From: Planctomycetota bacterium
GTDB taxonomy: Bacteria; Planctomycetota; GCA-002687715; DRQF01
Direction: 5' to 3'
NCBI GenBank assembly: GCA_027001995.1
Contig: JALTLO010000062.1
Coordinates: 8,540-19,280 of the forward strand
DNA length: 10,741 bases
This document shows positions 1-8,362 of the stretch, in pieces. Position 1 is the first letter of the stretch. Each line of letters begins with the position of its first letter. The notes beneath the pieces were generated by a model. That model was not told the DNA's origin, ran no database searches, and worked only from the letters and a program-made list of their open reading frames with translations. The position numbers and the translations under genes were made by a program.

Positions 1-432
1 CTTAGTGCCTTCCACGAGCACTACCACCCCCAGCCCTGCCATGGACAGTCAGTGAAAACGTCAGACCTCGATCTCAAAGAATTTCGCCGACAAGGTGAAT
101 CCTTGTTTCGTACCATTTACGGGTCACACACCGACGTTGTCTTGGGGGCTCTTGACCAATTTCACAGCCAACTGAAAGATTGGATTTTGGTAGACGCCTA
201 CGGCAAAATCCTCTCCCGCCCGGGATTGAGCCCGAAGGAGCGCGAACTGTGTGCAGTCGCAGCACTCCTCGTGAGCGATGACACCCGCCAACTCTCTTCC
301 CACATAAGAGGTGCCATCCACTGCGGTGCAGAGGAACAAGAAATCCAAAGCGCCATCCAGTCCATTCAGTTCTTGGTGAATCCTGAGCAAATCCAATTGG
401 GCCTGGAGATCTTGAACAAAGTCAACCCATGA
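1..432 (+). CDS. Carboxymuconolactone decarboxylase (CMD/AhpD-like) family protein, 5'-partial
   Basis: The frame is open from base 1 (LSAFHEHYHPQP...), so the GTG at 52 is probably not the true start. CMD-like signature: 'YGKILSRPGLSPKERELCAVAAL...QLSSHIRGAIHCGA'. No CxxC in the visible part. Stop TGA at 430-432. Confidence 0.85.
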   Translation, partial: LSAFHEHYHPQPCHGQSVKTSDLDLKEFRRQGESLFRTIYGSHTDVVLGALDQFHSQLKDWILVDAYGKILSRPGLSPKERELCAVAALLVSDDTRQLSSHIRGAIHCGAEEQEIQSAIQSIQFLVNPEQIQLGLEILNKVNP

Positions 433-438
433 GCCACG

Positions 439-473
439 AAAAAGGCCGCAGGCGAAGTTGATCACCCACGGCC
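439..473 (-). terminator. Rho-independent terminator of the SBBP gene
   Basis: The minus-strand RNA reads GGCCGUGGGUGA-UCAACU-UCGCCUGCGGCC-UUUUU: a 12-bp stem (three G-U pairs that form only on this strand) followed by U5. It lies 21 nt after the TAA stop at 495-497. Confidence 0.85.
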
Positions 474-494
474 CCACTCGAAACGTTTGTTTTC

Positions 495-2741
495 TTAGTT
501 CAATGTTCTCTTGTGAACCCAGCCATCACCAGACCCGCCACCATAGGTACCCAAGAATGGATTCAGCAGTGGGAATGGAATCGGCGAGACGCAATTCATG
601 AAGTTCACTTGCCCGTTGATACATTGAGTATAACCACAAGTGACAACACCTTCATCACTCACTGCCAGCCCCAATGCCATTTCGAAGAAACTTCCACCAA
701 ACAACTCCCCATCTTCAAGAACCCCCGTAGGGCTAAACCGCACCCAATAGGCATCCGAATTCCCAGGAATGACTTCCGTCAAGCCAGAGTAGAAGACCGC
801 GTCATTGTGAACCACAATGTCCAAACCACCATCAAATTGGTTGGTGCCAAAAACAATGCTGTACTTGAAATCGAAAATGCCAATCCCTTGGGGGAACAAC
901 TTGGTCAAGAATGAATCACTTGTGCCCGTGGCGAGGAACTGGGAATTCAACAAAGGAAAATCAGCGGAATTGGTGATTCCAGTCAAATAGACCTCACCAG
1001 TCGTCCGCTTGACATCCATGGCATAGACGTAATCTTCTCCGCTACCTCCCAAATAAGTGGCATAGAGAAGATCGCCAAATCCAGTGCCCCCAGGGTCCAT
1101 GATCGCCAGGAATCCATCCTTGCCACCATGATTCGTTGGCTGAGCCATGTTGAGTCCAGCAAAGTTGGGATTGGTCGATAAATCAAAGGTGGAGAATGTC
1201 TCCCCAGCAATGAAAGCCAGATCGAAGGGGCCAATCCCCACATCATAAATGATATTGCTGGTCTCGTCGCCAAAATAGGTGGAATAGACTGGAGTAGCTG
1301 CCCCAGGGTTAATGACCGTAAAGAAGCCATCTTCGAAACCGCCAAGTCCGGTTTGGTAAGCTCCATTCGTTGTTGGAAAATCAGGAGAGTCTGTCCATCC
1401 AACAATGTATGTCCAGCCGTTGTCCCGCAGAGCCAAACCGTAGGCGAAGTCAAACCCAGTGCCACCAATATAGGTGCTGTAGAGAATCTGTGAACCATCC
1501 GCGCTGATCACGGTGTAAAAGGAGTCGGCGACAGAAGGCGTTTTAGTGCTTTGAATAGCATTGGCCGTCACGGGAAAGTTGTCTGCTTCAGTGAAGCCAA
1601 CAACATGGACATCTCCATTGCCGTCAAGTTGAATATCAAACGCCCAATCGGCGCCGCCTGTGATCAAGAAATCCACAGGATCACCGCCCCCCAAGTAACC
1701 ACTCCAATGTTGGAAGGCACCAGACTTATCGAGCTTCATCACGAAAGCATCAGCGATTTCACCGTTATAGGTAGGATCAAAGGAACCTGCCGTGACCGGC
1801 CAGCCCGGCCCGAAGCCCATGATTGCCGGATTAGAATGGGTGCGCCCAGTGATATAGATGTGGCCTAAAGCGTCTACCTGCATGTGAATGCAGTGGTCAG
1901 TGCCATTGCCTCCCATAAAGGTACTAAAGACAACCGTCGGATCGATAATCAACTCGATCTTGTTGTCGTATGCGCCCACTTTGAATGTGACCTCTTTGGT
2001 CTTGCCAATAACAAATGAAACGGCCACTGGTTTCTTTTTGCCATCGACGACCTGCCAAGCTACGGGAGCCATCTCTTTCAAAACACCTCCAACCCCTGCC
2101 CGGCTATCCGGCAATTTGATGACAAGATCGCCGCTCTTCTTATCAAGGTCAATGGAGGTGGCGCCAACATAGGACCAACGAATGTCGTTCGGGTTAGCAC
2201 CTGGGGCAACCTTGTATGTGCCTTTTAAACGTCCAGTGGTGCCATTGTACAACAGATCGATGCCGTCATAGAGACCAACATAGGTGATGTTGGCGAAGGT
2301 CGCGGCATTCGTATTCCATTTGGATTTGTCTTGGCCATAAAAGAAATTGTTCGTTCCTCGAAGTTTCTTCGTGGCTTGTAGCTGCACTTCTTTCTTCGAA
2401 CCCAAGAAATGGACACCAATAGGAATACTGGTGGATGACGCATTTTTCTTAGTACCAGTGGAAATTGGCAGCGTCATCACGACACCACCTTTGAGCATGG
2501 CGATACTGCCCCCTGCTCCGCGAGACTCAAACTCGACAGATTTCGAGTTCTGCCCATAGTTATAAACAAACCCTAACGGCAGTGCCCCCAGTTGGGACAT
2601 GACCTTGGCGGCTTCTTTTGGTTCAAGCTCTCGAAGTGCTTTTTTGTTCTCGGTGCTCTGAGCAAAGGAGGCTGTCACCCCCAACATCAGGAAGAGAATG
2701 ACCAAGACCTGAGTCTTAGTTGTCATTTGGTTCATCATCAT
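495..2741 (-). CDS. Secreted SBBP-repeat (seven-bladed beta-propeller) protein with the usual N-terminal beta-rich domain (DUF7948-like)
   Basis: Likely start is ATG 2741 (or 2738/2735), preceded by AGAGAG and followed by a signal peptide (MMMNQMTTKTQVLVILFLMLGVTASFA|Q). The N-terminal domain has the motifs 'LPLGFVYNYGQ', 'NNFFYGQDKSKW', 'YVGLYDGIDLLY', 'VAPGANPNDIRWSYVG', 'EMAPVAWQ', 'YDNKIELIIDP'. Seven repeats of the form YSTY(L/I/F)GG..D....(I/L)..D..G..Y.TG.T.S.DFP...DAF..K follow. About 748 aa. Confidence 0.88.
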   Translation of the reverse strand: MMMNQMTTKTQVLVILFLMLGVTASFAQSTENKKALRELEPKEAAKVMSQLGALPLGFVYNYGQNSKSVEFESRGAGGSIAMLKGGVVMTLPISTGTKKNASSTSIPIGVHFLGSKKEVQLQATKKLRGTNNFFYGQDKSKWNTNAATFANITYVGLYDGIDLLYNGTTGRLKGTYKVAPGANPNDIRWSYVGATSIDLDKKSGDLVIKLPDSRAGVGGVLKEMAPVAWQVVDGKKKPVAVSFVIGKTKEVTFKVGAYDNKIELIIDPTVVFSTFMGGNGTDHCIHMQVDALGHIYITGRTHSNPAIMGFGPGWPVTAGSFDPTYNGEIADAFVMKLDKSGAFQHWSGYLGGGDPVDFLITGGADWAFDIQLDGNGDVHVVGFTEADNFPVTANAIQSTKTPSVADSFYTVISADGSQILYSTYIGGTGFDFAYGLALRDNGWTYIVGWTDSPDFPTTNGAYQTGLGGFEDGFFTVINPGAATPVYSTYFGDETSNIIYDVGIGPFDLAFIAGETFSTFDLSTNPNFAGLNMAQPTNHGGKDGFLAIMDPGGTGFGDLLYATYLGGSGEDYVYAMDVKRTTGEVYLTGITNSADFPLLNSQFLATGTSDSFLTKLFPQGIGIFDFKYSIVFGTNQFDGGLDIVVHNDAVFYSGLTEVIPGNSDAYWVRFSPTGVLEDGELFGGSFFEMALGLAVSDEGVVTCGYTQCINGQVNFMNCVSPIPFPLLNPFLGTYGGGSGDGWVHKRTLN

Positions 2742-3029
2742 TGTCTCTCTACAAACGGTCAAGTAAGGGGTGGAACAAGAACAAGCAAACCCCTGGGTTG
2801 CGCTGGCATTCTCCAATGTTTGTTGTGGATATCGAAGGAAGCTTTGTTTTTTCTTCATTGCTAACCTCTCAGAAACACCGAGAATACTACAAAATACTGT
2901 CGGCCAACATGTTACCGCAGCTTGGCCGAAGCACCCAATTGGGCGAATGAAGCCCACGATTGGAACCTCAGGGGGTATATAGACATGATTACCCAGTCAT
3001 GACGCCAAATTTGTCGGAGCGAGACTACA

Positions 3030-4127
3030 ATGAAGTGTGATTTTGTCATCCTGGGCGCCGGTGTCATTGGCTTAGCCATCGCCCAAACTCTCAGCCAGCG
3101 GGGCTTAGAAGTCATTGTTCTCGAGCAAGAATCTGGTATCGGCCAACATGCCTCCTCTCGCAACTCCGAGGTTGTCCATGCTGGTTTCTACTATCCAACA
3201 GGATCGCTCAAGGCCCAGACCTGCGTAGAGGGGCATGACCTTCTCAAGTCTTACGCTGCAAAGAGGAAGATCCCCATTGCTTGGCCAGGAAAGTTGGTCG
3301 TCGCCCAAACAACGAGGGAGCTGTCCTTGCTCGAATCCCTATACGCACAGGGAAAACGAAACGGCAGCAAGGGCCTTTCCATCATTGGCCCGGCAGGACT
3401 TCAAGAATTAGAACCTGAGATTGAAGGTTTGGCTGCCCTTTGGTCACGAGACACGGGCATCATCGATAGCCATGCCCTGTTGAAATCTCTCCATCAGGAC
3501 ATCGAAGCTAACGGGGGCATCGTCATTCTTAACAGCCCAGTCGTAGCCGGAACACGTGAGCCCAAAGGCATTCAACTCGAAGTTGGCGGCTTAGAACCAA
3601 CTCATCTCTTGGCAAAACAGATCATCAATGCCACCGGAGCCTTTGCCCCACTCATGGTCGAAAAATTGGGAGGGCGGAAACATCGCAGCCCCGGCCGCTT
3701 GGTGAAAGGAAACTACATGAGCTACCAGGGAAAATCCCCATTCCAAAGGCTCATCTATCCTCTACCCTCAAGAGACGGCTTAGGCATTCATGCCACTCTC
3801 AGCTTAGATGGGCGATTGCGCTTCGGCCCCGACACAAGAGAAGTGCAAGAAATAGACTATGCCCCAGACGAAGACATGACTCGGATGTTCGCCAAGTCAA
3901 TCGCGTCTTATTGGCCTGGGGTTAAGGCAGAGCTTCTAAACCCGGACTACGCAGGAATAAGAAGCAAGCTTCAAACCAGAACTGATGCCTTCTCTGATTT
4001 CGTCATTCACGACGACCGCAAAGAAGGCTATGGTACGATCAGCCTCTTGGGGATCGAGTCACCGGGGCTGACCGCGTCTCTATCCTTGGCAAAGCGGGTT
4101 GCCACCATGGTCGAAAGCAAGATTTAG
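3030..4127 (+). CDS. FAD-dependent oxidoreductase, L-2-hydroxyglutarate oxidase/dehydrogenase (LhgO/L2HGDH)-like, DAO family
   Basis: Rossmann motif GAGVIG. Family motifs 'SSRNSEVVHAGFYYPTGSLKA', 'GKLVVA', 'TGIIDSH', 'KGNY', 'LIYP', 'GLGIHAT', 'RFGPD', 'DYAGIR', 'GIESPGLTASL'. GGAG lies upstream of ATG 3030. The substrate is not established from sequence alone. Confidence 0.85.
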   Translation: MKCDFVILGAGVIGLAIAQTLSQRGLEVIVLEQESGIGQHASSRNSEVVHAGFYYPTGSLKAQTCVEGHDLLKSYAAKRKIPIAWPGKLVVAQTTRELSLLESLYAQGKRNGSKGLSIIGPAGLQELEPEIEGLAALWSRDTGIIDSHALLKSLHQDIEANGGIVILNSPVVAGTREPKGIQLEVGGLEPTHLLAKQIINATGAFAPLMVEKLGGRKHRSPGRLVKGNYMSYQGKSPFQRLIYPLPSRDGLGIHATLSLDGRLRFGPDTREVQEIDYAPDEDMTRMFAKSIASYWPGVKAELLNPDYAGIRSKLQTRTDAFSDFVIHDDRKEGYGTISLLGIESPGLTASLSLAKRVATMVESKI

Positions 4128-4651
4128 TCCGTTTCCTCTTCCAATGGCCCTATGTTCACCAACAGATCACCTGGGTTCACAGTCTGCCCGGCAGATACGG
4201 CCACTTCTTGGACCACCCCTGCGGTTGTCGTCTTGATTTCATTCTCCATTTTCATGGCTTCAAGAACACAAACCGGATCATTCACTGCGACAATGTCGCC
4301 CACCTTGACGTTCACGGCCACAACGATTCCCGGCATGATGGCAGTCACCATTTCTCCATCATTCCCACCACCGTCCCCAGCGATCAGACGGGCATTACGC
4401 TCTCTTTCGCTTTCGACTTGAAGGTCGATGCCTCGGCCATGATGGATCACCGTCACAATGCCATCGTTATCAACCATGAGGATCTCATAGGAATGCTTCC
4501 CGACGAGAAGCGAATCAATGTTTGACCCTGGAGCTCGTTGAATATCCGCAGAAAAAGACTTGCCATCTAGAACCACATCGAAACTGCCGTCCTCCAGCTC
4601 TTTGACGACCACATCCCATTCTCGGTCTTCATGACTCACGACGTACTTCAT
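4124..4651 (-). CDS. Biotin carboxyl carrier subunit of an acyl-CoA carboxylase (N-terminal BT-like beta domain plus biotinyl domain)
   Basis: Biotinylation motif 'LEAMKMENEI', plus 'AIMPGIVVAVNVKVGDIV' and 'GQTVNPGDLLV'. ATGA overlap with the upstream biotin carboxylase stop. Confidence 0.93.
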   Translation of the reverse strand: MKYVVSHEDREWDVVVKELEDGSFDVVLDGKSFSADIQRAPGSNIDSLLVGKHSYEILMVDNDGIVTVIHHGRGIDLQVESERERNARLIAGDGGGNDGEMVTAIMPGIVVAVNVKVGDIVAVNDPVCVLEAMKMENEIKTTTAGVVQEVAVSAGQTVNPGDLLVNIGPLEEETD

Positions 4652-6141
4652 ATCCGTCGAACTCCCTTCAAACGCCCATAGTTCTTCCAGGGATCAAGCC
4701 CCCTCGCCCCGGCCACGGTTTTCTTCGACGCCACACCTTGCACGTGCCGCTGTAAAACTGCAGCGATCACCGATGCTTCTAACAACTCTTCTCTCAGTTC
4801 GGGTTTCTCGAATGCCTCAAGAAAAGACGTGTCGTACTCCCCGTAGCGAAAGCGCGCATCCCGTACCACTTCTCCCAGAAATGGAATATTCGTCTTAAGG
4901 CCCGCAAGTTTGAACTCACCCAGGGCCTGCATCAAGCGTCGAAGGGCTTCGTTGCGATTATTTCCGTAGGCGATCAACTTGGCCAACATGGAATCATAGT
5001 AAAGCCCGACTTCCATCCCCTTGCTGAGAGCAGAATCAAGGCGAATACCTGGCCCTTGGGGGAGTGTCATCGCTTCAATTGTGCCCACCGCTGGCATGTA
5101 GTTGTTGTCGGGATCTTCAGCACAGACACGCACCTCAATGGCGTGCCCACGGGGCACCAAGTCTGATTGCCGAAAGCTCAAAGGATGCCCGGCGGCCACA
5201 TGAATTTGCTCAGTGACCAGGTCAACGCCTAATGTCATTTCCGTGATCGGATGCTCGACTTGCAAGCGCGTGTTCACTTCAAGGAAGTAGAAATTGCGAT
5301 CTTTGTCCACCAAGAATTCTACCGTGCCAGCGTTGTCATAGCCGATAGCCTTCGCCGACTTGATGGCGGCCTCAGCCATGGAAGCTCTCAGCTCTTTCGT
5401 CATGAACGGGCTGGGAGTTTCCTCGACGACCTTCTGATGCCGACGTTGAACACTGCACTCGCGTTCGAAGAGATGGACCACGTTGCCATGGGTATCACCA
5501 AAAATCTGGAATTCGATGTGATGAGGACCTAAGACTGCCTTCTCAACGAAAACACGGCCATCACCAAAAGCTTTCTCAGATTCACCGACGCTACGTTGGT
5601 AAGCTTGCCAAAGTTCGGACTCCTCGTGGACGACGCGAATTCCTTTGCCACCACCCCCAGCAGTCGCCTTGAGCATAACCGGATAGCCGATTTCCTTGGC
5701 GGCCTCCTTAAGCTCGGATTCAGTGAAGGACTCCTTTTCAAGTCCAGGAATGACTGGGACGCCAGCAGCCTTCATCAAAGCGCGAGAATTGATCTTGTCG
5801 CCCATCTCCTCGATTGCTTCTGGATTGGGGCCAATGAAGGCAATGCCCATGTCTTTGGCAGCACGAGCAAATGAAGCGTTCTCTGACAAGAATCCATAGC
5901 CAGGATGAATTGCGTCAGCACCACTTTCCTTGGCAACTGCCAGGATCTTGTCCGCATCCAAATAGCTCTTGGAAGCTTCTGGCCCACCAATGCAATAGAC
6001 CTCATCGGCCAACCGCACGGCCCGACTCAGGCGATCCGCAGCGGAATAAACCAGGACACTGGTGATGCCTAAAGCATGGCAAGCGCGAATAACGCGAATG
6101 GCAATCTCGCCTCGGTTTGCAACTAGAATCTTTTCAAACAT
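4648..6141 (-). CDS. accC: Acetyl/propionyl-CoA carboxylase, biotin carboxylase subunit (AccC/PccA-like, no fused biotin carrier)
   Basis: Motifs 'KILVANRGEIAIRV', 'AIHPGYGFLSENA', 'KATAGGGGKGIR', 'ERECSVQRRHQKVVEE', 'FLEVNTRLQVEHPITE', 'YYDSMLAKLI'. Operon context with mce and the carboxyltransferase points to PCC function. Confidence 0.95.
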   Translation of the reverse strand: MFEKILVANRGEIAIRVIRACHALGITSVLVYSAADRLSRAVRLADEVYCIGGPEASKSYLDADKILAVAKESGADAIHPGYGFLSENASFARAAKDMGIAFIGPNPEAIEEMGDKINSRALMKAAGVPVIPGLEKESFTESELKEAAKEIGYPVMLKATAGGGGKGIRVVHEESELWQAYQRSVGESEKAFGDGRVFVEKAVLGPHHIEFQIFGDTHGNVVHLFERECSVQRRHQKVVEETPSPFMTKELRASMAEAAIKSAKAIGYDNAGTVEFLVDKDRNFYFLEVNTRLQVEHPITEMTLGVDLVTEQIHVAAGHPLSFRQSDLVPRGHAIEVRVCAEDPDNNYMPAVGTIEAMTLPQGPGIRLDSALSKGMEVGLYYDSMLAKLIAYGNNRNEALRRLMQALGEFKLAGLKTNIPFLGEVVRDARFRYGEYDTSFLEAFEKPELREELLEASVIAAVLQRHVQGVASKKTVAGARGLDPWKNYGRLKGVRRI

Positions 6142-6148
6142 GGGTTTC

Positions 6149-7699
6149 TCACAGTGGGATATTGCCGTGTTTCTTGGGTGGATTTTCGTCTTTCTTGTTT
6201 TCCAACAACTCCAAAGATTGAATCAAGCGTTGCCGTGTCTTCGAAGGTTCAATGACCTCGTCAACATAGCCATAGGCCGCGGCCACGTAGGGGTTGTTAA
6301 ACTTCTCTTCGTAGTCCGCAACCAACTCAGCCAAAGTCTCTTCGGGGTTCTCCGCAGCTTTTAGTTGTTTGCGGAAAATGATCTCAACAGCCCCCTTCGC
6401 TCCCATGACTGCGATCTCGGCACTGGGCCATGCGAAGTTCATATCGCCTCGAACATGCTTCGAGTTCATGACATCGTAAGCGCCGCCATAAGCCTTTCGG
6501 GTAATGACAGTGATTTTGGGGACTGTTGCTTCGCAATAGGCATAGAGGAGTTTGGCACCATGGCGAATGATCCCACCATGCTCTTGCGAGACACCTGGCA
6601 AGAACCCGGGTACATCTTCGAAGGTAACAATGGGAATGTTGAAGGCATCGCAAAAGCGAACGAATCTGGCACCTTTGACGGAAGCATCGATATCTAAGCA
6701 ACCAGCAAGAACTGCGGGTTGATTGGCAACGACCCCCACCACCCGACCATCCAAGCGAGCAAAACCAATGACAATGTTCATCGCCCAATTGGACATCACT
6801 TCAAACAAGTTTCCGTCGTCAACAATCCCTTTGATCACATCTCTTATGTCGTAAGGTTTGTTGGGATTCTCAGGCACCATGGAATCCAAAGCGACATCTG
6901 CGCGATCAATCGGATCTTTACAAGGAACCCTCGGGGCATCTTCCATGTTGTTCAATGGCAGATAGCTGAACAACTCCCGCGTCAAAGCAATAGCCTCGGC
7001 ATCAGTCTTGGCAGAAAAATGGGCCACACCACTCTTTGAATTGTGTGCCTTTGATCCCCCCAACTCTTCCCGCGTCACATCTTCATGAGTAACCGTCTTC
7101 ACCACATCAGGACCAGTGATGAACATATAACTGGTATCTTCCACCATGGTCACGAAATCCGTGATCGCAGGGGAATAGACAGCCCCGCCAGCGCAAGGCC
7201 CCATGATGACGCTCAACTGAGGGACAACGCCAGAAGCTAAGGTGTTCCTCAAGAACAAATCGGCATAGCCGCCCAAACTCACCACGCCTTCTTGAATGCG
7301 AGCACCACCGGAATCACAGAGACCAATGACTGGCTTGCCGCCCTTCATAGCGAGATCCATGACTTTACAAATTTTGGCAGCATGGGTCTCAGCCAAGGAT
7401 CCACCCAAAACAGTGAAATCTTGAGCGTAAACGTAGGTCAATCGCCCATCGATCTTGCCATAGCCGCAGACGACGCCGTCCCCTAAGATCTCTTGCTTTT
7501 CCAGACCAAAATCTCGGCAACGATGGCGGGCAAACATGTCAAGTTCAACAAAAGTCCCTGAGTCGAGAAGCAGCTCAATCCGCTCTCTTGCAGTCAACTG
7601 TCCTCGGGCATGTTGGGCCTCAATGCGCGCTTCACCACCGCCCAGTTTTGCCTTCTCGCGCATTTGCTGGAGACGGCCAATCTTATCTTCACCACTCAT
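6149..7699 (-). CDS. pccB: Acyl-CoA carboxylase carboxyltransferase (beta) subunit, propionyl-CoA carboxylase beta / methylmalonyl-CoA carboxyltransferase type
   Basis: Motifs '[14 protein letters not shown]', '[10 protein letters not shown]', '[11 protein letters not shown]', '[16 protein letters not shown]', '[12 protein letters not shown]', 'DVPGFLPG', 'RKAYGGAY', and C-terminal '[10 protein letters not shown]'. Confidence 0.96.
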   Translation of the reverse strand: MSGEDKIGRLQQMREKAKLGGGEARIEAQHARGQLTARERIELLLDSGTFVELDMFARHRCRDFGLEKQEILGDGVVCGYGKIDGRLTYVYAQDFTVLGGSLAETHAAKICKVMDLAMKGGKPVIGLCDSGGARIQEGVVSLGGYADLFLRNTLASGVVPQLSVIMGPCAGGAVYSPAITDFVTMVEDTSYMFITGPDVVKTVTHEDVTREELGGSKAHNSKSGVAHFSAKTDAEAIALTRELFSYLPLNNMEDAPRVPCKDPIDRADVALDSMVPENPNKPYDIRDVIKGIVDDGNLFEVMSNWAMNIVIGFARLDGRVVGVVANQPAVLAGCLDIDASVKGARFVRFCDAFNIPIVTFEDVPGFLPGVSQEHGGIIRHGAKLLYAYCEATVPKITVITRKAYGGAYDVMNSKHVRGDMNFAWPSAEIAVMGAKGAVEIIFRKQLKAAENPEETLAELVADYEEKFNNPYVAAAYGYVDEVIEPSKTRQRLIQSLELLENKKDENPPKKHGNIPL

Positions 7700-8103
7700 G
7701 ATTTGTTCTTCTCACTTAATTCAATCAGAACACCACCCGTGCTGGCCGGATGGACAAATGCGATGCGGCAACCGCCCGCTCCTATCCTCGGGGTCTCGTC
7801 AATGAGGCGTAAGCCTTTTTCTTTGAATCGTTCGAGAGTCTTCTCGATGTCATCCACGGCTAAGCAAACGTGATGGATGCCAGGGCCCCGTTTCTCAAGG
7901 AACTTACCAATGGGAGAATCGGAATCCGTGGGCTCAAGCAGCTCAATGGTGTCCGCCCCTCCCGTGAGTTTGGCCACCCGGACTTTTTGTTCTGCCACAG
8001 TCTCGAAGCCATGAAATTCAAGTCCCAGAACATCTCGATAGACGGCCAAGGACTCATCCAGATTTCGAACAGCGATTCCAATGTGATCGACCTTTTCGAT
8101 CAT
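7696..8103 (-). CDS. mce: Methylmalonyl-CoA epimerase (VOC family)
   Basis: Motifs '[10 protein letters not shown]', 'EQKVRVA', 'IELLEP', '[14 protein letters not shown]', '[13 protein letters not shown]', '[15 protein letters not shown]'. Strong RBS. ATGA overlap with the pccB start. Confidence 0.96.
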   Translation of the reverse strand: MIEKVDHIGIAVRNLDESLAVYRDVLGLEFHGFETVAEQKVRVAKLTGGADTIELLEPTDSDSPIGKFLEKRGPGIHHVCLAVDDIEKTLERFKEKGLRLIDETPRIGAGGCRIAFVHPASTGGVLIELSEKNKS

Positions 8104-8110
8104 GGGGCTT

Positions 8111-8116
8111 TCTCCT
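8111..8116 (-). promoter_or_regulatory. Shine-Dalgarno site of mce
   Basis: AGGAGA on the minus strand, 7 nt upstream of ATG 8103. Confidence 0.8.
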
Positions 8117-8283
8117 GCCGTAAACTAGCCGTATCCCCTTGCAACATAAAGTATTATGGAATTCAGCGAGACAGATAATACCGACAAACACCCACGCCAT
8201 CAAACCGATTGTTCTGGCCCGCCTTCCAGGGCATAACAAGGAACTGAAAGCTAAAAGCTCCTTCGCTGGGTGCCATCACAGAT

Positions 8284-8311
8284 TTGCAAACCTGGGTCTG
8301 TCCACTATGCT
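8284..8311 (+). promoter_or_regulatory. Putative sigma70-type promoter of the membrane-protein (pseudo)gene
   Basis: TTGCAA (8284-8289), 16-nt spacer, TATGCT (8306-8311), about 50 nt upstream of ATG 8363. Motif match only. Confidence 0.35.
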
Positions 8312-8362
8312 CTTGGCAGATTCAAACATGGGGCAAAAGCACAAAAGACGACAGGCAAACTC

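Noticed and set aside
513..2559. Several short alternative-frame and antisense ORFs inside the SBBP gene (e.g. 983..1498, 513..914)
   Set aside because: They are nested in a confident CDS and have no motifs, as expected for by-products of codon bias.
2742..2957. 72-codon N-terminal extension of the SBBP ORF given in the ORF track
   Set aside because: The sequence is Cys-rich and not protein-like, and it would bury the clear signal peptide that begins at ATG 2741, which has an upstream purine-rich tract.
4124..8103. Sodium-pumping methylmalonyl-CoA decarboxylase or an autotrophic 3-hydroxypropionate pathway
   Set aside because: There is no membrane beta subunit, and an ATP-dependent biotin carboxylase is present, which argues for carboxylation. 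No malonyl-CoA reductase or propionyl-CoA synthase is in the window to support autotrophy.
4152..8178. Numerous small ORFs overlapping the mce-pccB-accC-carrier operon
   Set aside because: They are shadows of highly conserved genes with no independent evidence.
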